Notes under the pieces: generated by a model
What the model was told of the DNA's origin: nothing
Seen by the model: only the letters and a program-made list of their open reading frames with translations
Databases searched by the model: none
Made by a program: the position numbers and the translations under genes
Assembly (NCBI GenBank): GCA_032718475.1
Contig: JAUCBJ010008976.1
Location: 122,015-186,014 of the forward strand
Direction: 5' to 3'
Source of the DNA: Nemertoderma westbladi
Lineage: Eukaryota > Animalia > Xenacoelomorpha
DNA: 64,000 bases
In this document: positions 25,002-37,250 of the stretch, piece by piece
Numbering within the stretch: the first letter of the stretch is position 1
How the letters are laid out: the number at the start of each line of letters is the position of its first letter

Positions 25002-26657
25002 ATCTGCTATATGAGTTTATCAATGTTATAATGAGTTATAATTAGGCCAGCGAGCTTCGCCGCCTACCCCTCTCAGCCCCCGGACAGTGCAAGATCCTCA
25101 GCGCCGATATACCATCGTCGCTGTGTTTTTCGCCAACGTAGTAGTTACACAACGACAACGACAACCGGCACGAGTCACTCCACTGTCCGTCCCAAGGGCG
25201 TAGATTTACTTCAGGTTCTTACTGCAGAGTTAGGGTTACTTTCACAACTGCGACTCGCTACTGTAAACACACCTTAGTAGTAACATTCACCTACAAACGC
25301 ACAAATTCCACGTAACTGTCACAAATTGTACACATTCTATCACACATTCGGGCCATTTGTCTGTTAGTCAAGTGCTTTCCAGAATGTCACGTTGTTATTG
25401 TGTATCCTTGGATACTCGCGGTGTGCTATTTATTCCGTATGCTATTCAATGGGCAAGCTTTTATTGTTCTGTTAACTCGCTTCTAATTCTAGCGTGGTTG
25501 TTGCTATGGTGACATTATGGAAAGCTAGCAGTAGAATTAGGGTAATTCTCATGCATACAGATCTGGGATGCTATTTAATAGTAATTCTTTAATTGTCAAT
25601 ATCCCTCTTTATATATGATTTTATGAATTTTATCGGCTATTGACTATATATTGGAGATTCTCGCACACTAATACACTCAATAGGGTGAATCTCCGCTCCC
25701 ATGATCTATTAATTAATGGAATTTTGGGAATGTTATAAATTGTATAAAATAACAATTTATCAAATTCATTAAAAGAGATGAATTTAAATTTATTCCCGTA
25801 ATTTTATTATTTAATATTAAATAGACACAATTTTATTCCAGAAAATGTCTGGGGACGAGGATCCTTAATTTTAGGAATTTTGTCCCTTTAAGAGTATCGG
25901 TAAGTGCTACAATATCTTAATGGACTATAATTCCAAAGGATCTAAATTTTAACAGATTTTGATTTATAGATTTTTATAAATATTAATTATATAATATTTA
26001 AGATGGGCACCGATTTATTCCAGAACTTGTCTGGGGACATTAACCACTGATTCTAAATTTTGTCTTTTAAGTATATCGGTGGGTGCCACGATATCTTAAT
26101 CGACTAGAATTACAGATGGTCAAAAGGTTTAACAGATTTATTTTGCGTTTTACGCTACTGTTAAAGGGACATCACGCTACTATATGTATTATTTAATATA
26201 CGGTATGAGAGCAATATCGCACGAAGCAATGTCAGTGAGAAGAGGCAAGTCGTTTCCAAGGTCTACCCAGAGCTTGGTTTAGCCGAGACACGAGGATCTG
26301 AACTTTGCATTCCTAATACTCTGCTTACCAATAATGCTTGAATATAGTAGGAGCTTTATTGTACTTGAATAAGTACGGAGATTTCATCTTACTGTAGTCA
26401 CGTATTTATAATATGATACGGACAGTAAGGAAAGAGAAAAAGAATTATTTCTTGCCGTCACACTAAATATATAATATATAAGTACTTAAGTAATATATAT
26501 ATTGCACTAATCTACTAAATAATCGCTAAAATAACATTCTACTAAACAAAATTAAAGAAAACGATTATAATAAAATTACATAATAATACGTACGTAAATA
26601 TAAAATAATAAAAAACAAATATAAAATAATATAGTCACACACCCCCTCCGTATGTTG

Positions 26658-29600
26658 TTATGTTATGGAGTCCCTAGATATTTGTCGGATTAGGGAAGTG
26701 GTCGTAGGAAGAGTATCTTGCCTTCCATAGTTTCCGGACAGTTTTCGGTCTCTTTCCAGTAAACATAAACGACCAGCTGGGCGATTGAGTTGTTGTGTTA
26801 CTTTCTCCACTCCCTTGGCCTGTCTAATCTCCGCCGTGGTAAGCTGAGGAGGCCATTCATCTTCTTCTTTGCTTAGGAAGTCGGGTCCACTTAACCAGTC
26901 CGGAGTATCTATCAGTTCTTGAGGAGCTGCTCCTCTGGAAGCGATGTCGGCTGGATTAATCGTCCCAAGGCAATGTCTCCATTGATCTTCATTAGAGTTA
27001 ATATCGTCATTATCTGAGGAGTATGGTATTCCCTCAGTTGGATCGTCCACCTCACTGCTCTCCACTTCCCATTTACTTACGTGGTAGACCCGTTCTTTGG
27101 GCAACCTTTCCATGAGTGTTCTACGGGACGGACCAGTAAGGTACCAACCTACTCTAGTTCTTCCCGCATAAGCTTGTAGTGGTTGCGGTTGAGCAGGCCG
27201 TTTCTCCAATGTCTCGAGCGCTTCATGCGCGTTTTGACCGATGAGTATTTGCACTCCAGGGTAATCGGTGTCGAATCTAGGTATTTCAAGCTGCTGGGTG
27301 AAATCGTCCTCATCCCAGTTATAAGGTTCCACTTGGCTGGTAGCGAAGTTCTTTATCGCCACCATCTTTACTGACCTTATACTATGTTCTCCCAGTTCAT
27401 CCTGGGGGGTGGACAACGCGCCTACATAATAATCAGCTATTACGGTAGATTTCCAAACCTGCACAATTCCTGACAAGTTTAGCTTAGTTCGGAACTTGGG
27501 TTGTCCAGCAAAGATGTCTTCGGCTAGTTCTTTGTCGATGAATGTTCCTGTGCTACCGGAGTCAAGGAGGGCGTTCACTATATAACTCCTTTTAGGTCCT
27601 TGGACCCTTAACTGTACTACAGGAAATTCTCGGATTCCTACATTGGAAGTTGGCGCTTTCCAAGATGGTTGTCGATCAGAAGTAGTTAGGGTGAGGTCGC
27701 TGTCGGGGTCTCTTTCATACTTAAGTGCTCGATACACTGCGGTATTTATTAGGTAACAGGATTCGACTTGGTCGGAGAATTCGTCCGTATAGAATCCTTC
27801 CATCTCAGAACTTTGGTCAGTATCATTCACATCACTGAATTGGACATGCAGTTCGGACCCACTTACCTGACTCGGGCTGTTTCGTACGAATTCAGTGTGC
27901 AACAAGATATGATGTTTTGCACCGCACTTTGCACACCTTGTGTCGGAGTAACAGGTTCGCCGTTGGTGTCCTCGTCTGAGGCAATTATAACACAACCGCT
28001 TATCCCACATGACTTCACGTCTATCTTTTAATGATTTCCTCAGGAATTCATCACACGCACTTAAACGGTGGGGCCCGTCGCACAACACACATTTGGGCTT
28101 GATGTTACTTACTTTAACCTGTGCTGTGTGGTGCACACTTGTTCTTTCCTCGGGCTTTCTTCTATGAATTCTCTTAGGAGACGTAGGAGGAGTTTTTCTT
28201 ATCTGTTCTCTCCTGTCATGGGTTCGAGACTTGAATTTACTTACCTGTTCTTTAGGCGTTTTATTGACATAATAAGATCTTTCAGTGTCTTTACCGCTGT
28301 CCTCTCCTTGAGAAGTCTGGCTTTCGCCGTCGTCGGTATAACACACTGGTATTACCTTTCTCCTCCTAGAAACGGGTTTCTCACTTACCTTATTTTCCGG
28401 TGTCTTCTCTCTGGACTGTTTTAGGAGCTGTAATTTTACCTCTCTATCTAAGGAATGACATGAGATCAGCCATGGTAGGGTCTCTTCGTTGTTGTTCCAT
28501 CATATATAACACTTTCTTGTCCCAGCGTGTACCTACTCCACCCTTGGGCAAAGTAGATGCTAAGGCTCCTACAACCATAGAATTCTGGTATTCATGAGAC
28601 TTACCTAACCAATCTAGTTGTCTACAGATCTCCTGAATCTCGTCGGAAAACTCTATAATCCCGCTGCTAAGAAACTTTCGGGGCGCCATTAATTTCGCAT
28701 ATAAATACCTAGCTATGTTAGTCCTATTACCATACCTGATGTTTAGTGTATCCCAAACTTGTCTTAATCCATCTGGATGTCCAATAAACTTTAACGACAT
28801 TAACTTGGGAGATCCTTCCAAGCACTCGATGAGGTATCTAAGTTTCTCTCCATTGGATAATACAGAGTTCTGTAAGTTATCTTTGTAATATTCATTAAAA
28901 GGTAACCATTTCATCTCATCTCCGTTGAACTTGACTATCTCTCCAACCTTTACCGCTTGACGGGCTTCGGTTCTAGCCATTTGACGCGTAAAACTTTCTT
29001 GGGCCATCGTATTATTTAATATCGAGTTATCGGTATATAAATTTCTCGGATTATTATCAAGTCTATATGGAATATCATTGTCAACAGGTTTATAATTACC
29101 CTTAATAGGGTTTACTATAGTAGTTTCTACTTCACTAGCAGTATAGATGCGTGTAGGCTCCACACCTTGCGCATGAAATACTTCAGACCTAACAGGTTGA
29201 CACATTGTTACAGAGGGTGGTGGTATACCCTTTTGTATATTTACTAATTTATCGCATTCTAACGCGATATTTTGCTGCACTTCTCGCAACTCTAACTTAC
29301 TTTCTCTTACTGTTCCCTTTAGCTGTTGAACAGTCCCTTCTAACTCTCGGACCTGTTGGGAGGAGCGAACCTGATTCTCCTCCATCTTCCCGAGGAGAAT
29401 ATCCATCCCCCGCCTTCTCTCATACACCCAATCAACTGCCGAAGCAGGATACGCCAACGTTGTAGCGGGTGGACGAGGGACAACGGGCGACAAACCATTA
29501 ATATTTCGCTCGGAGTCAGGGACATGAACATTTTCAGGGGCGCAGGTAGCTTAGTGCTGTGAAGAGGGAATTTAGAGATATGTTCTGGGAGCACAGGTGT

Positions 29601-31353
29601 CTCTATCACCGAAGGGGTGATTTCAAGAACAGGCCTAATTATTTCAGGCTCATCTACTATAGTAGGGAGTCTTTCTATTTTAATTATTTGGTCTGTGGGC
29701 TCTGTACTACCTAAGCCTGTGTTAGTTAGTTGCCTTCTAACAGTTGGGGGCAAATCAGGCAATTTCTGATGGTGGGACATTCTTCTACGGCTGCTTAGAC
29801 GAGATCTATTTCCTCCACCTTCAGGATCGGTGGTATCGCCTTCATCAGATGATGTAAATCCCTGCCGTTTGGGAGTAGATCGTCTCATCATCTGCATTTG
29901 ACTAGCTGTTAACTGTTTATTTATGTAGTCTTGCCTCTCTTGAAGATTTTCCAACTCTAGTTGGGTTGTCTCTTCAGATGCCCTCCGTTCTGCTTCTGCC
30001 ACTGCCTCCGCCGCTGCTACAGCCGCTTTTCTTTCCGCTTCGGCCGCTACTTCTGCCGCCTTTCTTTCCGCTTCGGCCGCTGCTTCTGCCGCCTTTCTTT
30101 CCGCTTCTGCCTTTGCCATTGCCGCTGTTACTGCTGCTGTCTATCTGTCTTCTATTCGTTTTTTCTTTACTTGTTCCTCTTGAACCTTAGTGAGGCGGAT
30201 GCTTTCATCGAATCTAGCTTGGTTCGCAGCTAACATATCTACATCGATTGCGTCCAACACAAGTTTGGCTCCTTCACTATTAGGGCTAAGTCCATCCAGC
30301 CGTCTCCTCAACTCTTCGTCCCCTACAAATCGTTGATAGTCTGACAGATAGATGTCAATAGCATCCCTCTTATGCAGTTTCTCTGCTGTCGCTTCGCTTT
30401 CCACTTGGGAAAAGGTAGCGTCTGTTGATTCTCCATGGGTTGAGCGCTCATCCAACTGAGATTTCCACGGGGTAGTTCTTTGAACTTGGAGGCTCACCCG
30501 CTGAAACCAACGGCAACTTTACGGCAACTTGCAACGACGTGTCTTGTCTTCTTTTTGAAGCTTCCTCAAAGGCAGATAAGATTAGTCTGATTCTTAGAAT
30601 TCTTTCTCTAACTTGATAAAGCAGCTTTCCCTGCTCTTGAGGTCCTTGTGGTTGTCGAAACAATTGTTCCTCTAATCGCTCCATAGAGCTGAAGAATCCC
30701 TGCACGTATCCGGCTGCTGACCTCTTCCATACAGCTGGATCGCTGGTTTCTTTTGTCACTCCCATCCTGTGTATGTCTTCCCAGGCAGCTTCCGATAAGT
30801 AAAACAGGAGTCCAGGTCTGGGGAAGTTCCATTGCGACTCGACAATAGACTCCAGTTCTTCCCTTGTGTATCCCGCATAACTATCCTTAGTCGATCGCTT
30901 ACTTCTCGCCCAATCAATCTGGTGTTCCTCCACCGCAATCAATACCCTAGTGAGTACGGCTGCAGGAAGGATGATAAGGTGGTCCGAATAAACCGCATCC
31001 GCCATCTTCGCTCCGCGTTCGGGTGTCAGCTCTACAGTATCCGAACTACTGGAGCTATCGGGCCGCTGAGAACTAGGCTCTTGGCTAGGATGTTGCTGCT
31101 GCTCGACAGCCGCTTCTTGATCCCGCTTGACTTGGGCCCGAGTGCCGATAACAGACCTACGGCGCTTCACTAACTTCGCAAATTGCGAAATTGCTTCTAC
31201 TAACCTAGGTTCTGATACTACTACTGGAGAGATGACCTTTCTTACAGTAGGAGGTGAGTTGAACTTGGGTCTTACACGTTCCACACTCCTGTCTGGGTCA
31301 CAGATGGTGGTATCTAAGAGACTGTCTGACAGGTTCTGCTTTGTATCAGACAT
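26658..31353 (-). pseudogene. gag: gag-protease with deleted RT/RNase H/integrase (element B)
   Basis: DUF1759-like FNGD..W...EKLRYL, three Cys/His knuckles, LLDSGS protease, then DQWRH..NPADIASRG fused to TQQLNRP; several frameshifts. Confidence 0.9.
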
Positions 31354-32857
31354 GTTTACTTGTACAGTTGAATGCCTACTGCTATGATTACAGTTAAAGC
31401 AAGTCTAGTAACTCAGTATTACCGTTAGCCTAGTAATTAATTACCGATATCGTTACTCAGTGTAGCGTGATATATATACAATATATTAGAATACCGGTAT
31501 ACACTTATAGTATATATATAAGTATTATTACAAACTAGGTTTGTCACAGAATACCGGTATGTAATTTCAGCACAAATATATATAAATATATAATAGGCCT
31601 ATCGTGAATACCGGTATACAGCTTACACTTATAGTATATATAAGTATAATTATGGACTAGAATTAATTACAGAATACCGGTACCGGGTATATAAGTTCAG
31701 CCTAAATTTATTGAAATAAATATAATAAGCCGATTGTAAGTACCGGGTATGTCAATTATTTCAGAATAATTGAATTCCTGAATTTTAGGGGTTACTTGGT
31801 TACTTTACGTTACCTTTTTACCATTATTTAAGCAGTAGTCCAACTGATATTGAGACCTAATTGTTGTATGGCAGGCCTACTATTTATAAATTGTTTGAGT
31901 TGATTTATAATATATATATACCCGTTTAATGGGTTTTGTCAATATTTGAAATAAATGTTATTATTTCTGGGGGAAGTCACTACACAGAAGCTGTGCGCTC
32001 TCAGTGAAGTGCTACTTGTTGGACACTAAAACAAATAATTCTAATTTACCTAAGTTACTTAATACTACAAATTACGTACAATTCGTTGTGAGATTACAAT
32101 CTCTAAATAAACAAAAAAATTACAAGTACGAATTTTTAGGGTAATTTTACAAGAAGTCTACAAACCAGCCTAACAAAGGGTTAGAATATCTGGTTATTAC
32201 AATGGACAGGGTACTACGGTATTTGAAAATAACTAAGCGGTAGTAAATATACTGCGTTGTCCAGATAGGAAAATACCACCGTCTGACGACTTATTGCCAT
32301 ATCACTATAAGTACTACATTATGTATCACGGAGTGTTCCTACCTAGAAGTTAATTACCGCGGTCTACCAGAACCAACGTGCCTATTAACCACTTTACAAC
32401 ACAAATATACTGCCTACACACTAATTACCTTCGGAAAGCACTGTACACTAAACCCTAGATTAGGTACAAGTACTTGTATAACAAATAATCAGCAATTAAA
32501 AATACTTGTACAGCTAAAAGAACCACGGTATCTGCCGGAGTGACCAAAGCACAAAATCTCCAGTCTTTACCTACGCCGAGCAGCCCTGATGTAGTACCGG
32601 GGTTAATTTAACTATAACGGTATGTATAACAAGCACAATCACTGTATGAATAAACTTGGGGATATGAATGTTGCGAATAATCGCATAAACTCTGAATAAT
32701 AAATATTACGCTACCCGTACAGACTACTCAAACAAAATACAAACCAAACGCTGGCAGACTACTATCAAGCCTAAATAAACTACAGTATGTGCAGATTCCG
32801 AAATGGTTAGTTAGTATGCGTTCTAACCGAGTAGGACGACTTATTCTTTCGGGGGGT

Positions 32858-34020
32858 TTACCTTACAGTGAGGCGGATGCTTTCATCGAATCTAGCTTGG
32901 TTCGCAGCTAACATATCTACATCGATTGCGTCCAACACAAGTTTGGCTCCTTCACTATTAGGGCTAAGTCCATCCAGCCGTCTCCTCAACTCTTCGTCCC
33001 CTACAAATCGTTGATAGTCTGACAGATAGATGTCAATAGCATCCCTCTTATGCAGTTTCTCTGCTGTCGCTTCGCTTTCCACTTGGGAAAAGGTAGCGTC
33101 TGTTGATTCTCCATGGGTTGAGCGCTCATCCAACTGAGATTTCCACGGGGTAGTTCTTTGAACTTGGAGGCTCACCCGCTGAAACCAACGGCAACTTGCA
33201 ACGATGTGTCTTGTCTTCTTTTTGAAGCTTCCTCAAAGGCAGATAAGATTAGTCTTATTCTTAGAATTCTTTCTCTAACTTGATAAAGCAGCTTTCCCTG
33301 CTCTTGAGGTCCTTGTGGTTGTCGAAACAATTGTTCCTCTAATCGCTCCATAGAGCTGAAGAATCCCTGCACGTATCCGGCTGCTGACCTCTTCCATACA
33401 GCTGGATCGCTGGTTTCTTTTGTCACTCCCATCCTGTGTATGTCTTCCCAGGCAGCTTCCGATAAGTCAAACGGGAGTCCAGGTCCGGGGAAGTTCCATT
33501 GCGACTCGACAATAGACTCCAGTTCTTCCCTTGTGTATCCCGCATAACTATCCTTAGTCGATCGCTTACTTCTCGCCCAATCAATCTGGTGTTCCTCCAC
33601 CGCAATCAATACCCTAGTGAGTACGGCTGCAGGAAGGATGAGAAGGGGGTCCGAATAAACCGTATCCGCCATCTTCGCTCCGCGTTCGGGTGTCAGCTCT
33701 ACAGTATCCGAACTACTGGAGCTATCGGGCCGCTGAGAACTAGGCTCTTGGCTAGGATGTTGCTGCTGCTCGACAGCCGCTTCTTGATCCCGCTTGACTT
33801 GGGCCCGAGTGCCGATAACAGACCTACGGCGCTTCACTAACTTCGCAAATTGCGAAATTGCTTCTACTAACCTAGGTTCTGATACTACTACTGGAGGGAT
33901 GACCTTTCTTACAGTAGGAGGTGAGTTGAACTTGGGTCTTACACGTTCCACACTCCTGTCTGGGTCACAGATGGTGGTATCTAAGAGACTGTCTGACAGG
34001 TTATGCTTTGTATCAGACAT
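32858..34020 (-). pseudogene. gag: Duplicated 5' gag fragment of element B
   Basis: Near-identical to 30190-31353 (offset ~2.67 kb). Confidence 0.9.
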
Positions 34021-35201
34021 GTTTACTTGTACAGTTGAATGCCTACTGCTATGATTACAGTTAAAGCAAGTCTAGTAACTCAGTATTACCGTTAGCCTAG
34101 TAATTAATTACCGATATCGTTACTCAGTGTAGCGTGATATATATAGAATATATTAGAATACCGGTATACACTTATAGTATATATATAAGTATTATTACAA
34201 ACTAGGTTTGTCACAGAATACCGGTATGTAATTTCAGCACAAATATATATAAATATATAATAGGCCTATCGTGAATACCGGTATACAGCTTACACTTATA
34301 GTATATATAAGTATAATTATGGACTAGAATTAATTACAGAATACCGGTACCGGGTATATAAGTTCAGCCTAAATTTATTGAAATAAATATAATAAGCCGA
34401 TTGTAAGTACCGGGTATGTCAATTATTTCAGAATAATTGAATTCCTGAATTTTAGGGGTTACTTGGTTACTTTACGTTACCTTTTTACCGTTATTTAAGC
34501 AGTAGTCCAACTGATATTGAGACCTAATTGTTGTATGGCAGGCCTACTATTTATAAATTGTTTGAGTTGATTTATAATATATATATACCCGTTTAATGGG
34601 TTTTGTCAATATTTGAAATAAATGTTATTATTTCTGGGGGAAGTCACTACACAGAAGCTGTGCGCTCTCAGTGAAGTGCTACTTGTTGGACACTAAAACA
34701 AATAATTCTAATTTACCTAAGTTACTTAATACTACAAATTACGTACAATTCGGTGTGAGATTACAATCTCTAAATAAACACAAAAATTACAAGTACGAAT
34801 TTTTAGGGTAATTTTACAAGAAGTCTACAAACCAGCCTAACAAAGGGTTAGAATATCTGGTTATTACAACGGACAGGGTACTACGGTATTTGAAAATAAC
34901 TAAGCGGTAGTAAATATATACTGCATTGTCCAGATAGGAAAATACCACCGTCTGACGACTTATAGCCGTATCGCTATAAGTACTATGTTATGTATCACGG
35001 AGTGTTCCTACCTAGAAGTTAATTACCGCGGTCTACCAGAACCAACGTGCCTATTAACCACTTTACAACACAAATATACTGCCTACACACTAATTACCTT
35101 CGGAAAGCACTGTACACTAAACCCTAGATTAGGTACAAGTACTTGTATAACAAATAATCAGCAATTAAAAATACTTGTACAGCTAAAAGAACCACGGTAT
35201 C

Positions 35202-36389
35202 TGTAAAAGCTTTTGTGGGATATAACTGGCCCTTTTGCTTCGCAATCCAGTTTCCCTCAATGCGCTCAAATACTCTAAAGAAAAACTCCCTAACTCAAAG
35301 GATGAAAGCTACCGGCTGATTGGCTGATTTGCCTAGCGACGGCCTCTTTGTTCGGTTCGATCAACCAACCAGAGCAAGGTCAACCAAGCAGAGTGATTCA
35401 TCCTGTGTGTTAGCTACGGGCTGCAAAGGCTAGGGAGGTTTGGCATTTCGACATTCGTGGAACCTATGGAATCTGGAACTCTGCCAATGAGAGCTTTCCC
35501 TTTTGTGTTGAAAGCTACCTGCAACAGCTCACAGGGTTCAGTGTGTTGGTTTTTCCTGAGCCTAGAAACATCGGCTGTGGAATATTTCTGAATTATTCCA
35601 ACATTAGAACGTCTTTAATTATAAGATCACATAACTGTTACCGTGAGAACAGCACAGCACAGCACTGGACAGCGGAGGTACGGTACGGTACCTACTGCTG
35701 TATTGCACATTATTTACTGCTATTTACTGTTTGTTATTAATTGTATCAGTTGTTTACATATTGTTATTTGGAGAATAACGATAAACGATCAGAAACCCCG
35801 ATCTTCTTGATACACTAAGGTTAGAGAGAACGGTTACATATAGCAATTGCGGCTTATATTATCGTGGTTTGTAGTGAATTGAATGCTATTTTATAGGCCC
35901 TACAAATGTCGGTTGCTATTCTCTTTATATATGATTAAAATCAGTGACTATCGGCAGTGCAGTGTGCAGCGGTGTGCAATAGTCTGTATGTGCTTGTCCG
36001 CGTAACAAAGCATCTCCTAAAGAATGCGCCTTATGTGTAACTTATAATCCATTCCGTTGTGTTTAGTGTAAGCCATAGCTCTGTTTACATAGATAGAGCG
36101 CCACGTCCTAAAGGAACTGCTAATATTTCCCGAAAGTGAATGATATTTGTCAGGAATTATATTAACGATCAATCGAATATTACGGTAGGCCTGCACCGCA
36201 ATCAAATTAAAGCATCCAAATCCAGTCTCCCGGGTATATCCAGCGGGTGAATGGTCGCGCATAGACTGGCTTCGGCTAATGTTGGATTTATTTGTGTCAA
36301 ATACTTGTCATAGGCTAAAGTCGATTTATAACCTAGAAGACATATAGATTTGGCGGGTTAAACTGCCAAAGGTCTCAAAAGCGCGAACA
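35202..36389 (+). repeat. 5' LTR of element C
   Basis: TGTAAAAGC...GCGCGAACA. Confidence 0.97.
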
Positions 36390-36400
36390 GTAACAGTTAT
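36390..36400 (+). promoter_or_regulatory. Self-complementary primer-binding site of C
   Basis: GTAACAGTTAT is the reverse complement of LTR 35631-35641 ATAACTGTTAC. Confidence 0.75.
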
Positions 36401-36664
36401 CGTCTGATTGCAGTAGGCAATAAAGCTGAAGTACCGGACAACCGGTACCTAGTAGGCCTGACTACCTAACCACCCGGACCGGTACCTACAGCAGTACAGG
36501 TACAGCAGTATTGTTCGATTTGATAGTTATATACCGGTAGGCCTTAATATTAAATCAGGGAGGGCCCGCCCTGGTTTTTTATTGAGATTTTACTTATTTC
36601 TGTCAGTTTTATTTACTAGTAGGCTAATATTGAGCAGAAGGCGTGTAACCCTGCTCAGATCGTA

Positions 36665-37250
36665 CAGATAATTTGTAGGCTCGACTGTTGTCTGACCGTT
36701 GTTAAGGTCTGAATGGATTGCAGTGCATGTAGAGTGTATGTCCGATAAAGTGACGGTTAGGAAGTAGGGGCAGCCAGAGCTGTAAGGTAAATCCCCACCT
36801 AAAGAATAAGTCGTACTACTAGGTTAGAACGCATACTAACTAACCATTTCGGAGTCTGCATGTCCTGTAGTTTATTTAGGCTTGATAGTAGTCTGCCAGC
36901 GTTTGGTCTGTACTTTGTTTGTGTAGTCTGTACAGGTACCGTAATATTTCTTATTCAGATAATTTATAGGCTAGATTGTTGTCAGGCTGTTGTTAGGTCT
37001 GAAGAGATTGTAGTGTGTGTAGAGTGTCTGTCCGATAAAGTACTAGTTGGGAACGTTGGGGCAGCCAGAGCTGTAAGGTAAACCCCCTCTGAAAGAATAA
37101 GTCGTACTACTCGGTTAGAACGCATACTAACTAACCATTTCGGAATCTGCACATACTGTAATTTATTTAGGCTTGATAGTAGTCTGCCAGCGTTTGGTTT
37201 GTATTTTGTTTGAGTAGTTTGTACGGGTAGCGTAATATTTATTATTCAGA
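36665..37250 (+). repeat. ~291-bp tandem duplication in the 5' leader
   Basis: Units start at 36665 and 36956; also duplicated in D (53765/54067), single in B. Confidence 0.9.

Noticed and set aside
35619-35627. TTATAAGA as the LTR TATA box
   Set aside because: Not conserved in element B (TTACCGGA) and only ~11 nt from the putative primer; the start site cannot be assigned from sequence
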